Positions 33,501-40,400 of a DNA stretch of 64,000 bases are shown here, piece by piece. Made by a program: the position numbers and the translations under genes. Source of the DNA: Acidobacteriota bacterium. Lineage in GTDB: Bacteria > Acidobacteriota > Thermoanaerobaculia > Gp7-AA8. The stretch spans positions 192,001 to 256,000 of the forward strand of contig JAFATB010000006.1 of NCBI GenBank assembly GCA_019244185.1, read 5' to 3'. The notes beneath the pieces were generated by a model, which searched no databases, was not told where the DNA came from, and was given only the letters and a program-made list of their open reading frames with translations. Numbering within the stretch: position 1 is the first letter of the stretch; the number at the start of each line of letters is the position of its first letter.

Positions 33501-34447
33501 CGCGCGTGAATCGTGTGCAGCCCTTCCGCGGCGATCGGCGTGAGCGGCGTGTACGGAGCGCCGTCGACGGTGGCGGTCAGCGTGGCTACGCCCGACGCGT
33601 CGTCGGTTGCGCGCACGTCGACGCGCGCGTCGTGATCGAGCGCGGTGGTGGTGTTCGGCTGGAGCTGGACGCTTCCTTCGAAGAACGAGATCGCCGGCGC
33701 GGTGTGATCGACCGGCGACTTCGCGGAGAGGTCGTCGACGTACGCGTCGCCTTTCACCGCCGACCAGATGCCGATGCGGCCGCTCTTGAGGCGCGTTGCC
33801 GCGGCGTCGGTGGCGTCGATCGAGAACGTCGACGGCTCGGTCGTGCCGTCGGCCCAGAAGCGCGCGCGGATGTTCGTCGCGCTGCCGGTGTCGTCGACCT
33901 GGATGAAGAAGCGATACCACGTGTTCGTGGCGGGCGTGAACGCGCTGTCGGTGCGGTTCGCGAGCGTGCCCGCGCCGAAGCCGAAGAGCTGCATCGTCAG
34001 CGTCGGGCCGCCGTTCTGCGACCACAATCCGAGGAGGTAGTACGAGTCTTTCTCCGGATACGAGGAGAGGAACGTGAAGCCGATGCGCGTGTCGCTGCTC
34101 GTGCGGATGAAGCGGCCGCGGTATTCGAAGCGGCCGTTCGTGCTGAAGGTCCTGGTCTGGAGCGTGGAGAACGTGCCGATGCGCGGGTTGTTGCCTTCCG
34201 GTTTGCCGGACGACTGCTTCGTGCCGAAGACGATGTTCGAGCCGTGGTTGCCCTGCGTAGGATCGGGCCAGGTCTTGTACAAGCCGTTGGCCGACGGATG
34301 CGAGCTGCCGATCGACGTGTCGACCCAGCCGTCGGGATTGCGCGGCGAGCCGTAGCTCTGGAAATCGTCGGAGTACGAGACTTCCGTCTGCTGCGCGAAG
34401 AGCGCAGGACAGACGAGGAGAAACGCGAAGAGAACGAGCTTACGCAT
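12518..34447 (-). CDS. Giant (7309 aa) secreted RHS/YD-repeat polymorphic toxin: signal peptide, ConA/LamG-like domain, ~25 Ig-like repeats, Big_5 and carboxypeptidase-regulatory-like domains, DUF6531-like domain, YD repeats, RHS core, DUF2380-like toxin tip
   Basis: Uninterrupted ORF with AGGA RBS and signal 'MRKLVLFAFLLVCPALFAQ'. Recurrent D-x-T/S-x-P Ig boundaries at about 33720-26800. 'YLHSGE..FDRTYRS..GMGW' near 18250-18390. YD repeats. Autoproteolysis motif 'PDPLG..DPVNDRDPSGL' at about 13427-13515. Tip 'RHHVFPQEFRAFF..DIDQF..HQAIHGGG..WN'. Confidence 0.95.
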   Translation of the reverse strand: MRKLVLFAFLLVCPALFAQQTEVSYSDDFQSYGSPRNPDGWVDTSIGSSHPSANGLYKTWPDPTQGNHGSNIVFGTKQSSGKPEGNNPRIGTFSTLQTRTFSTNGRFEYRGRFIRTSSDTRIGFTFLSSYPEKDSYYLLGLWSQNGGPTLTMQLFGFGAGTLANRTDSAFTPATNTWYRFFIQVDDTGSATNIRARFWADGTTEPSTFSIDATDAAATRLKSGRIGIWSAVKGDAYVDDLSAKSPVDHTAPAISFFEGSVQLQPNTTTALDHDARVDVRATDDASGVATLTATVDGAPYTPLTPIAAEGLHTIHARAVDRAGNAVESEVKVLVDKSQPVVTLTESGTPLPLPNSKFNRPPSIDIQVTDAWTATTYTATLDGHPYVAKTPIAQEGTHYLVVDALDGVRNRRTVQATILVDLGAPTIAFYAAGVKLDPIAKFKIDPAIEVRLTDAQSTPTYTATLDGHAWRSLDPIPTEGWHKIVVNAVDEAGNPATATLDVLVDKVAPVVVLRESGTTLDPAQTAKFARDAAVEILASDATTQVQSAATLDGAAYTSLATITAEGTHALKVHATDEAGNVTDVTLSLLVDKSAPVIAFYDGATKLDPRDLQKFRRDVAIDVRATDAVSSATFTATLDGAPYTTNTNIVAEGEHALVVHAIDAAGNTADATLTLLVDKTKPAIAFSESGTALDTNVQTPFGRDAHVVISVTDNLPGVAYTAKLDGTDYTSGAAIATDGPHVVAVHATDRADNTTDAEVRVLVDKTGPLVKFLESNAVLDTSVRRDFNRVPSIDLQVTDALSAVTFTATLDGTQPYVAKTPVPQGAHSITVHAVDALGNATDGKLDLLVDTEPPVVGLVANGQPLPATGAIFAHDVTVVANVSDTSQWTTEATLDDRPFSLSLPVSAEGTHTLVVKVTDELQWTTTVSATFIVDQTPPKISVFEGTTPLLEGASFARDIALNASAEDITPYELTAHIDGAPYVLGQLYTTNGSHKIVVDARDAAGNTSTSPEILFHLDKNAPEVSLLESGQPFPVGKTFTRDVVAGVHVVAATETTKTATIDGQAYVLDTPYVPEGKHHLKVVVTNLAGLSTTVEADFTIDRTPPTLRLFAAPGKEFVDNSFKFAGDITPSTEADDNLSKPPDVVVLLDNHELPPGRVVSEEKVHTISATATDAGGLTKSVGPFTFVLDKTAPDVHVRVDGEDLEDGAKFKAAITPEITADDLTETTYTLTLNDQPYTRGTAIEADARYTLVVHVKDDVGNERALEPIHFVIDKTAPVVHVVEHLDDADQPFTGGKFKRSVTPLVRIDDLTETITNATLSDGQHETPWTSGQEISSEGVYTLNVTVTDELGWVTVVPPIAFTIDKSAPVVTVTESGAPLVSDTIFNRDVTPKIESNDTTHVTIEATLDDAPFTSETTVTREDRHVLVIKATDELGFVTNVPPIVFTVDKTPPVVTLTENGTPFVSGALLAHPALPQVAVSDLTAYTIDAKLDGNSYILGTPIAGDGAHSLDIKVTDAANWSTTVPTVHFVVDTTPPAVSVKVGDRVLATSDEFGDTIAPIIAVDDISATTVEATLDGAPWTSGTPIADEREHVLAVSVTDAAHWTTTLPPITFIIDKSAPVVHVLEHGVAFTGGKFNRDVEPKLDIDDLTATTTTATLDNAPWTPDSTISTELADHVLAITVTDHLGHATVVPPITFTIDKTAPVVTVTENGQPFAGGAFNRNVHPELTVSDTTPTTTTALLNEQPFTFGGDITAEGKYSLTATVTDELAWSTTIPAIVFYIDRTAPVVTLMEGEKELTDGQFFNRDVVPRAVITDTTDTTTTATLNDQPYTLETPVTAEGTYTLKVRVTDRVGLSTDVPPVTFTIDKTPPAIAITSPLANTSLTTPRILVSGDADDAIGIEVNGIDATIADRKFTTPVELELLEGENTIEAIGFDRAGNNTTIAIPVTLDTLAPAVTIEAPSANACLDTNAVEVRGQVSEVSLASVKVTMGTAVVNATVGDDHRTFTATIPAPDEGKFTIRVEAVDLAGHTAAATVAISIDRTKPVVEVREGGAPFAAPVVNRPIALDVRANEAGAALTVTLDGQPYVSGTAIANELPAPHVLRATARDCAGHVSDEKVVAFTIDRTPPFITSIDPANNATVGEKPASLTGTLSEPAAVVIESTGQTAQVDGVHFTLPVALQEGLNTLALLAIDAAGNQSRMVYTLTIRGAAPSVEIVENGLPIPPHQVYRRAVTPVIRSNDSAATIAATLNGAPFTSGSEVTNDGDYTLTAKAKDAFGHESATVTATFRIDRSVPVVTITTPADHAVIDADRVEVQGTVSGHDVVSVTVNGVAATLAGGAFSATVPLDAGPNTIVAIAADAAGNSASDSVDVVRDSGGNGLLLFAPVDKMLTNRPTTLVAGQVLTPAAARGVTINGATVALDPAGAFRKNDFPLVEGANTITASLTNDRGQVSSVSVHVTADFTPPVLRVTANGADLADGAHFAASPSLALDVTDNQPDGLVTTLSVDGDLVAAGVTPLADGGHALTATARDAAGDETRVDRVFFIGNAATVSGCGLGQFDPADGAAVFSEHVHISGRSGGAAGVLIDGLAAAVAAGSFCGDATLAPGRNEVTIRCADASGNPTTDAPVTLVLYRYDDPVVTIASPAANSSVTTSSVTVSGTVGAGVVSGDVNGIAFTVADDGADSHSFSVPNVPVAPGLSVLTVRAKTRSARVGIATTRVRALTAAPQLSITAPLTGSDSGASSIDVTGTYANVEPATITVSAGGTSRAATATPQSDTTGTFTASVPVASAAVTVIEATARNAAGTQTTARVNVTQLAGGPSIAIDTPRDNTYLPSTQSGAVRVAGTFTGDAGSAVQVNGVNATLTANAFAADVTLSASSSGITPLIARVTAPDARDATDAVRVIRFAEPLAVRESFPANDAADVERGVALVVLFNHALDGATAANAFQLTSTDGSVDGPVDGDVFVDRDAITFAPHQPLRAGVRYTATIASSLHDVAGGALASPYTFAFTAGGSAPSNAPILDEATTTGCFSGTTITGRVSPNAQARVEVDGVVLTAQASDTGAFKAALTFSGQTGYHLVRVRELGADGSLSAERALCYRLSCATLQVVGATLDRNAKTLAIQFSKPMDLASLIASPSGTLLVTPEGESALTGTVALDTGGQTATITFASLPAKNITLTVKKSVKDAGGASLTADYTQTFTYSTDTTAGRGNGYVSGAVYDATNGRPLAGAQLEIAAVNTLTTSDRGRYSYALPEGAYTVRAGAPGYTTVWRQVVVPAGAGVVPIDIRLTKGGDEKQANNAALTLQHGADTAVTKRVELALAVTSLAGTHRVRLTSVGGQSLAGLLPLGWAPLASAEIAIDDASSPIALPGARLTFVVDANAITAAAQSLALVHYDSGADEWRVVVPAANVGSDGRASFDIDAAGNYALVYADKNSSLVARAGAALTGVANPCLTTPDTCRLTGRSFTLNPNAVLPSGRTVATLTTDGAKPYPSGTAVQAFIDEQLNLADGRTLVDPPFATDLLIYRNLAGTDGVADFHLAPTAQAQAVILRDGVDHIRIVDYPGRIDRGTLLGADGGRVPGDGNVLLDVPAAATPEPLHASVTSLSDNELASLGAVPGFRVAAGFTFSLTRANEPPPTDGVAIHAPALLTPARVTIAVPSASANAQVIVAEVLPSTPFGVLFRVVALMSASSSSTSNVFVSRPIVSTQLPLDGVVRDGRYVVLVADAPIAYAFGTVRSAGGAAVANARVTSGIGAPMSSVLGVRDLTRIDGVFVIPVAAKPAAPFSLVARTAALGDGAASAFTGSPDPDTFVDFGALTLSAQPPHLTAIAPADGAELDVTAPLVVQATFDTSIDAASVANGIRVTNLTTNAPLAGTVSLGGANSVRFNATDPLRAASTYAIAVLPTIRSTTGTPFGQTSTSTFSTRATPSNATIHADRIHITIPDANGKSRISGTAGALPGGAQAVAVRRNHFFVVTYDATVAADGSFAFDAGHLDARDRISVDDIIDLQVLDPVSHAIIAILRLTPFITDDGRGFLAPADLDTKYTTPDGLTVSVPAGAFDKATMVTLTPSQQTAFAAVPHFDDELRYANSLELKFDGVANKRLDVELPVPAGTDTANRNFLLGYLGLSVRGPRVMIVDSVRVDNGRFVTADATSGTQQTTQKRAVTSNAVLTGSALRNYLLGVNRSGVYSVLDIRVPDGSSVAWGAMTGLQAGYDLFWDTLQSLYAAHFYLAERRGTIAIPVLTNKPFQVVGVDAATGLQGFAKVYDPIPNGDPGAAAILPNPNPDREGPYPVYGTPFRVETLDLIASDTPVSIRNFVVKLEGDSITAVDSSTPLPADLQVTLFNVTNGAIDRKRSDGLKVAGALGDRVLLLVEEKEVDPYTSLSVVFSEPIAVGSDASDDAIDAYLRTRFSVEIAKEPAAAAPVYTAVTEQAHFRVDSGGRRVLVDLPASLQRGMRYRLGIASTVEDQSGLRIGQILGESGPTAPLAEPVYLYFRVREPGGLVSSFDLTKGAIRDQALNGNVLLMTALDGGVVAYDVADPASLGASTQPIGVAAGGGDEYWALASDRHGRVYATALSGLFGIVRSFRLEDFLPNGTPGPRAVTGKAGAIVSWRVGSTVGLDLASATILSDRAEALPRKMQILLQDDTEDLTLAFDPTADADDLSVFNVQQAMSEGYPYRLQRITVENETLDMRWSADAHPGVPAAINGIVARKNDRIHVIRNQRTYGVISLFGYGVAVFDLNAVESNDDPTRPANYKPLREQIRATNAALRSECGDPIDTYAIPDLTLSPDATIITRDGSPDLDIFAVDQRRGILDLKIAPPANDAEAAAPSDADTCGERAQFGLVLRNTYFTPGDPPATNVHDHPRLVPFRAKFAEAAGRQPTPRFTGAAYYHWTLEAQDNKALSGTSVTGAPPRGQRGSTAGTRVVRDYMLVPGYEYGLLVVEIGGTPPTMVPSYDPLANAHLVDIIWIPGGAAAVRAIPRTNLATVVDGEGRVLLVDLSRIDERFDSTGNLLPANALFKTVAASLASTATYGSGTYGVGADDPRIVWKSAPGVTSGTLAPVVDADTGYVYVGKVLEKTTSVIAAIDPRVQLKADVGDGNGLAEVGGLVPLGVDPPAGVIKGPEGSLAAFRVEVSLPGAMTQSLSGGANKLVAAIESERVFGATTEQMPEGFPRAHLRLKDRSGAPDPRADANFYLERVVPDSMAAQLRHQKGFNKFVSPWIVAIADPRASINYQWPTPPAGTTLAALQTASGCSSCARPPHLAGKTEADRVWELYTNGRLISIRPDLCIAGTDCAQNVFTGTSYAYLGRENRFTARFATIMADTVRPPSVLVAAQAPPVAGGALQETTYLHSGEVETSALDMDAGGRNGWNALFDRTYRSRTIGGTVGMGWESSIFRRLRALPNGDVEYRDGAGEIWRFTLDNATGFYQRPKGLFLKLSRTDRGWVLVDQKARISAFDSMGRLVHETDEFAPNAYALDAGNVVRYLYDLSGRLAQVIDPVGRVSRLMYFPDGTGLKAGRLQSIESWLGRVDYDYDDAGRLITATLPETGTGRPTTQYGYGTPASTYNDKLELAPNLTSITDPMGEGPRVAFAYSTSDRDKVKTQTWKTGESATFTYTDATHTTTKDVLGQERVYELTPQPGNYTTDRAHVRQLDETNVAAVTTPFGTLPAAVTPSGAPTESLTRRMLFTYVPDGMLETATLSGIGATSATIRTTTNTYKSIEPGAPGFVLFTSETSGSGATPIKRTFGYDDASSNPRPAYLESVSIGSDTIHTSEPSAMKKSVAATNDAITTTVEVDAYGQPKTVTSTGGTDAGGNASVSYKFRDATAPEYARAMPELVDASGLQTKFAYPGPDQIKVDEERGVSTLTNLDGWRRPVSSVTTGPSLSLEESSKYDLNGRLTETTHKQDAHTVTTSLAYDPLGRVKQSTTNNVAVGESLTSVTTTTDYDLTNRKIVRMLPGGAVVTEELDGLGRVAKRTTTTGGTPIVEQYAYDLAGNLVYSADNHSASAVAYDVHGRATASLAPNGVKTVTDYDDWGNPKSIKTYDAVGTLIGESQASYTPNGRMTSAQTRVDATQTRESEMKWDGAGRITSTAVSGRAAKQAFDDAGRLKSSIAGAGTTSTITTEFSKYLASDYTGGMVKNGTLTERGATSPIDMQYDYDTLGNPTRNQAGALEWKRSYDEDGNVTADAPPARESTRQHFDARGNLLSKREPGAPEVKYGYHAAGTDTSYRDESDGGTGTGLTETTESDLLGRPSVRRYPDGTQETWTYDGSRLASMKDRQGRLFNYTYDDKNQLTEIRRNGGELIEKLDYDAAGRITTWRTRDAALVFEDYDFEDRPRRTKQTRFKDHSGFGSATVLDSYEQDHTWNVHGERESWTMPSYSGFPTSATQWTQKVGESHDAAGNVSAMTRTLIGAPSPMPLLTADYRNAGRPNVRTLTTSASAVIERQYTYDTANAGQLSELRIVAGGNVVGGSAITYDGVQIKREQLLGISADTRFNEYSYDARSRLLTTVTAHDDSSNPSIEHVTDAGFRTQLERPSPSVEPAAPPTLNFDELSGHRIGTVAANGESHTFTYIGAERTGDGRYQYEFDDRGRIITATEIPTPSLTIRRFRYDYAASNRIVGRRVEYAQLSSISMPPLDSDWKLENRDAVLFADGLPAETTFVWDPISDRLVSVYKAGASANPSVDANGGLLRQLIHGDAAYDDPLEVTVTDGVTPDVHHFYPVFDEAGNGNLQLILGDDGKVISRTVVDGAYGEEESSLAGAAIDRITLSKTKDASGNLTAVEVSIRSTEALDEATLATGTRLAAVTASGNVVRTATVTSTLSDPNTIHWTLTPTQWTALTSPTGDVQSLSIAVTNTLRAKAWSTATPILPPPTWATTAHPIHTSPTLPVEYRASLATLTSFLAAPDPTTTPYAAPSLAALGSPAEPAVGRSILMSSFQALPFEEVGTGLVFARERWFDAGRGAFLSPDPLGYVDASNLYTFAGGDPVNDRDPSGLQKPCKNTTLASLQAAGEGAWQWAKGAFVGFMNFGGDQTVKLIDTLTFGYGGWVHENAADARRQERRSLSLAIAAVERGEGTPVYVIGGAVDKRVKAIDAASSSGCKEDIARAAAPALLDGYTAVRGTVSAMNTPTTPAPALATSSGVVLPTAGVIARSARSGPMVSTIVLASSVHDSLGEGPESDAVTETGARGAGVVRNPRHHVFPQEFRAFFEVRGFTGGRDIDQFTLELDEAIHQAIHGGGNYRLGRKWEGEWNRQIMSRISQREKLLGRALTFAEVFDVGKQMMRDYGLSGSFVPFRQ

Positions 34448-34495
34448 GTGATTCCTGGTTGTGTTGGACCCGGACCTGACGATGGACCTGAACGA

Positions 34496-37400
34496 TTACC
34501 GCAACCCCGCCGCGCGTCCGTGCGCATTGCGCCGGTACGCGTTGGCGAAGTCGAAACGAGACTGCGTAGAAGTTGATGACGACGATGAACTCGACGACGA
34601 CAGCGCCGCCGCTTTCGGCGCCGACGGCGTCGCCAGCGCGCGCAGCGTCTGCAGCGACGACCACACCTGCACCTCGGCGAGGTTGATCGCGAACTGCGAG
34701 CTCGCCGTCATCTGCACGCGCACGTAACGCCCCGTGCGCCCGATCGGGAACGTCTTGCCGCCGATCAGCACCGGCGTGCCGTAGTAGTACGCGGCGACCT
34801 TCGGATCGGCGAGCGCCTCCGCGGTCGTGCTGCCCGCGATCGGCTCATCCGAAACGAAGATGTAGAAGTTCGTGAGGAAGTGCGGCGGCCAGTCGAGGCG
34901 ACCCCAGACGTCGATCGAGTCGATGGCCTGCACCGAGCAGAGGTCGACGCTCCACCACTCCTCGAGATTCGCGGTGGTGTGGTTGATCGAGTACTCGCTG
35001 CCGAGCACGCCGTTCGTGTTCGCGTTCACGGCGAGCCACGGACCGTAATCCTGATACGTCGACGACTGGGTCGCCTTGCGTCCCGCGGAGAGGTTCACGC
35101 GCTGCGGCGAGACCGGCGCCCACACCTGCACCTCGGCCGGATGCAGATACTCCTGACCGCTCAGCTGCACGCGGACGTAACGGCCGGTGCGGCGCACGTC
35201 GAACGTCGACGGGCGCTGCGCGTTCGGATAGTAGAAGTACGAGGTGACGCCGGACTGCGCGAGCGTCGCGTTGAGATCGCCGGACGTGAACGGCGTGTCG
35301 GAGACGTGGACCCAGAAGCGCGAGAGACGCTCCTGGCAGCACATGTTGAAGCCGCCGTTCCAGACGTCGATGGCGTCGATCGGCTGCACGGCGCCGAGGT
35401 CGACCTGCCACCACTCCTGCGGCGCGTTGCCGGTGTGCGCGTACGAGTACATGTCGCCGTCGACGGGGTACTCGGCGCAGTTGTACGGGCAGGGCGACGG
35501 TGCGGCGGCCTCGCGGCCGTTGACGCTGAGCCACGACGACATCGACGTCGGCTTGTGGTACGCGAGGTTGACGCGCGTGACTTTGGCAACGCGGTCGAAC
35601 CAGGCCTGGCCGTCGTAGATGACGAACGACATGCCGCGGAGGCTCATGCCGGCCATCTGCATCGACGACACGGGGATCTCCAGACGAACCCACTCACCGG
35701 CTTTCGGCATGGAGCCCATGCGGCGGCGCTCGACGGTTCCGTCGGTGCCGTAGGCCACGAGGTCGTCGCCCCAGTATACGCGGCGGCTCCAGCCGCCGTC
35801 GTTGAACTCGAGCATGAGCTCGCGCGGCGGCGCGCATGGATCGATGAGAGCGTAGACGACGATGACGTCGTCCATGCCCAGCGTCATCGTTGCGGACGCG
35901 GAATCGAAGTGGCTCTGATGGCTGCCGCCGCCGTTCGGAACGTTCATCGACAGCGTGCCGCTCGCGGCCTGCGCGGAGCTCCAGTCGAACGGCGTCCGCT
36001 CGACGCCGCCCGCGGGGAGCGCGTCGTCGAACCAGACGGTCTCGCCCGGCAGATACGACGGCTTCGCGGCCTTGCCGAGGACGCAGGCGGCGTCGCCGAT
36101 GGCATCGAACCACGCCTCACCGCCGTCGACGGAGATGGTCAAGCTGTTGACGTTCGTCGCGGACGTAATGCCGAGCGACGAGGCGAGGACTTCGAGACGC
36201 GTCCAGACGCCGCCCGCGGGCAGTGCGGCGAGCTGCACCTGCGTCGCGGCAGGCGTGAGGCGCGACTCGCCCCACGACGCGCGCCATTGCGTGGTGCCGT
36301 CGCTCCACGTGGCGAGGATCTGCCGCGGCGGATCGCACGGATTGACGAGCGCGTAGAGCACGAGGTTGTCGTCCGGCTGCACGCTCATCGGCGCGGCGTT
36401 CGCGAACGTCCACGAGCGCGCGCCGCTGCCGGCGGCGAAGTGCAGCGCAAGCGAGCCGGCGGCGACCTGCGTCGCGTCGAACGTGGCGTCGCCGCTCGCG
36501 TTCGCGCCGGAAGGCGGCGCGTCGTCGATCCACATCGTGGCCAGCGGCGTCGACGACGGACGCGCGACGCTGGCGAGCGTTGCGCACGCGTTCAACGTGA
36601 GCGAGGCGCTCTTCGAGGCGCCGTACGTCGCGAAGACGCTCGCGGTCGTGGCGGCGCCGACGCGGTCGGTGGTGACGGTGAAGGTGACCTGCGACGTGCC
36701 GGCCGGCACGAGCACCGCCGGCGGCACGTGCAGCTGCGTCGTGCTCGCGGCGAGCGACACGAGCGCGCCGCCGGCGGGCGCGGCGGAGCCGAGGGTGACG
36801 GTCGCATTGACGCTCGCGCCGCCTTCGACCGCGTTCGCGTCGAGCGCGAGCGATGCGAGCGCGCCGTTCGTGCCGGCGACGTTCAGCGCCGCGATCTTCG
36901 TCTGCTGATAGCGCGCGGTGATCGTGGCGGTGACGTTCGATGTGGACGCAGCCGTTGCGATCGAGAACTGCGCGGTGGTCTGGCCCGCGGCGATGGTGAT
37001 CGAGGGAGGCAGCGTCACGGAGCTCGCGGAGCTCGTGAGCGTGACGACGATGCCGCTGCTGCGCGCGGGCGTTGCGAGTCGCACGGTTCCGAACGTCGAC
37101 TCGCCGGCGTTGACGCTCGACGGTTCGATGGTCAGCGTCGAGAGCTGGTTGGCGTCGACGATGGCGCCGTTGACGGCGACGGTCGACGAGAGCGGCGCGA
37201 CGTGCGAGTCGGTGGCGGTGAGCGTGAACGCATCGCCGCCCTGCCCGCCCACGGAGATGCGGAACGAGCCGTCGGACGCGGCGGGGCCGCTGTAGATCGC
37301 GCCGGTGCGGACGTTCTTCGCCGCGAGATGAATGGGCGTGTCGGGATCGATGACGGCGCCCGCGGGGCCGGTGACGAAGTCGCCGCCGGCATCGCTGGTG

Positions 37401-40400
37401 ACGACGATCTGCGCGCGCTTCGACTGGGGGAACTGCGGCGCGCCGCTGTTGCCGGTGAAGGCGACGCCTTCGGGGATCGTGACGAGTCCCTGTTCGTTCG
37501 CGACGTAGAGCACGCCGTTCACCAGCGCGACGTCGAAGGCGTTGCCGCTCGTCTGCTGGCGCCCGAGGTAGCGCGGCGCGTTCGGATCGGTGATGTCGTA
37601 GAAGAGCGCGCCGAGCATGAGACCGCCGAAGACGGCGCGGTTGCCGCTCACGGCCACGCCCTGCGTCATCGCGCCGTTGGAGAAGACGCTCTTCACGACC
37701 GGCGATGCGGGATTCGATAGATCGACGACGGCGATCTTGTCGCCGTAGCCGGCGAGATAGAGCGTGTCGCCGGAGATCGCGCCGCGGAACGCGGAGAAGT
37801 TCGGGATGTCGACGTCGGCGAGCTTCACGAGGTTGTTGACGTCGCGGTGGTCGATGACGATGACGTCGTGCGACGGCGCCTGCGTGGCGACGAGGTAGTC
37901 GTCGCCGAACGCGAGCAGGCTCTCGAGCTGCGTGCCGGGCGTCGTGTCCTGCTCGTGCACGAGATGCGGCGACGCGGGATTGCTGACGTCGTAGACGCGG
38001 ATGCGGCCGTCGTTGTGCCCGAAGTTGACGGAGGTGAACGCATAGTTGCCGGCGACGGCGACGCCGAGATCGCCCGCGTCGAGGCCGACGCAATGGCGCG
38101 TCGACGTCGAGCTGGTGAGATCGATCGTGCAGAAGTCGTACGAGCCGACGTACGCCCAGCCGTCGCGCACGGCGAGGCCGTACGACGAGCCTTCCGCGGC
38201 GGCGAGCGTCCACTTGTAGACCGGCGCCGCGGGGTTGCTGATGTCGAAGACCGCGAGCTCGTTGTTCGAGCCGGAGATGCCTTCGTCGGCCCACTTCGCG
38301 ACGGCGAGCCAGTGGCCGTCGGTGCGTACGGTGCGCGCGCGATACGTGCCGCCGCCGAACGGGAAGTCGGTCATCGACGCGCCGAACGGCACGAAGCCGG
38401 CGTTCGTGGTGATGCTCGCGCGGCCGACGACGTCGTACGCGGTGACGTCGATGGCATCGCCGGACGATGCCGCGATCGACGCGTCGAAGCTGCCGTCGGC
38501 GCGCACGGCGAAGCCGGTGGCCGTCGCGCCGGTGGTGCGGTTCGTCACGGTGACGGTGAGCGGCGCGGCGCCGCTCACGGCGGTCGCGCGGCCATGCACC
38601 GCGGTGTCGCTCGCGCCGCGTGTCAGCGTGAGATCGACCGCGGAGACCTGCGGCGCGACGGGGAGCTTCGCGTAGGCGATGCCGAGGTCGTTCGCGACGT
38701 AGGCGTGGTTCGCGTAGAAGAGGACGTCGCGCGCGGTGCCGCCGAACGGAATGGTGCGCTCGAAGAACGGCGCCGCGGGCGAGGTGATGTCGTACTGCGC
38801 CAGGCCGTAGCTTCCCGCCGCGGGGAATGCTTCGGTGCCGACGATGGCGATGCCTTCGCTGCCGTCGTCGGTGTGAATGGCGCGGCTCAGCACGACCGGA
38901 TGCGCGGGGTCGCTCACGTCGACGGCCGCGGTCTGATATGCGTTGGTGAGATACAGCGTCTTGCCGTTGAGGCGTCCGCGTGACGTGCGGAAGTCGGGCA
39001 GGTCGAGGTCGGCGACGGTGACGATGTTGTTGACGTCGCGGACGTCGAAGATCATCAGATCGTGGCCGCTATAGCTGAGGCCCGCGAGGTAGCCGTTGCC
39101 GAGGTCGATGAGGCGCCAGAAGAACGAGCCGAAGCCGCTGCCCGGCACCATGGCCTGCTCTCGGATCAGGCGTGCATTCGCGGGATCGGCGACGTCGTAC
39201 ACGCGCAGGCGGTAGTCGCTGTTCGTCGCCACGTACATGTAGCGATTGACGAGCGCGAGGCTGAGCGCGCCGATCGAGCCGTAGCAGTTCTTCGTCGCGG
39301 ACGGGTTCGCGTAGTTGACGGTGCAGAAGTCGTACGACGCGATGTACGCCCAGCCGTCCACTGCTGCGACGTCGTAGATGGCGGTGTTGCCGGCGGAGAG
39401 CGAGCGCACGAACGCGGGGTGATCGGGATCGCTGACGTCGAGCAGCGCGATGCGGTCGCTGTCGCCGTTGCCCGCCCCACCGCCCGCGCCGGAGACGAGG
39501 AGCGTCGTGCCGTCGCGCACGACGTTGCGCGCGCGGAACGAGCCGTCGACGCCCCACGACGACTGGCTGAGCTGCGTGACGACGACGGACGAGTGCAGCA
39601 CGAGGTCGCCGACGTTGGTGATGCCGTCGGCCACGGGAGTCGTTGCGGCGGAGGCGCCGCTGAGCGTGGTGCCATCGGCGAGCGTCAGCGTCGCGTTGCA
39701 CGTGATCGCGCCGGTGGCCGGCATGTTCGCGATCGAGAAGAAGCCGCTCGCGTCGGTGGCGACGCTGGTCGTGTCGCAGGTGACGGCGGCGTTCGCGACG
39801 GCGTGCGCGCGCTCGTCGAGCACGCGGCCGGTGACGGTGGTGGTGTAGGTGCCGGTGGCGAGGACGTGCAGCGTGGCGGTCTTCGTCGTCGTGCCGAGCG
39901 TCGCGGTGATGGTGACGTTCGCGGCGTTCGGTGACGACGGCGTGGCGATCGTGAATTGCGCGGAGGTCGCGCCGCCGGCGATGGTGATCGTGGGCGGCAC
40001 GGTCGCGGCGCCCGACGAGCTCGCGAGCGCGACGACGACGCCGGCGCTGCGCGCGGGCTGGAGCAGTTGGACGGTGCCGGTGGCGCTCGTGCCCGCGACG
40101 ACGTTCGCCGGTGCGATGCCGAGCGCGCCGAGGCCGTTCTGCTCGACGATCGTGCCGGCGACGGGGATCGACGGCGACGCGAGCGGGAAGGCGTGCGTGT
40201 CGGTCGCGCGGACGGTGAAGGTGTCGCCGGCGCGCGCGACGAGCGGGATCGTGAACGAGCCGTCCGCCGCGGCGTCGACCGGCGTCGTCGCCTGACCGGT
40301 GCGCAGGTTCGTGGCCACGACGTGGATGGGCGTGTCGGGATCGACGACGGCGCCGGCCAGCGCGACGATCGCGTCGCCGTTCGACGTCGACGTGACGGCG

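Noticed and set aside
26800-33720. Ig-repeat region as a DNA tandem repeat or DGR target
   Set aside because: The repeats are diverged at the DNA level, there is no reverse transcriptase, and the 9565-10735 duplicate does not show an obvious adenine-specific mismatch pattern.
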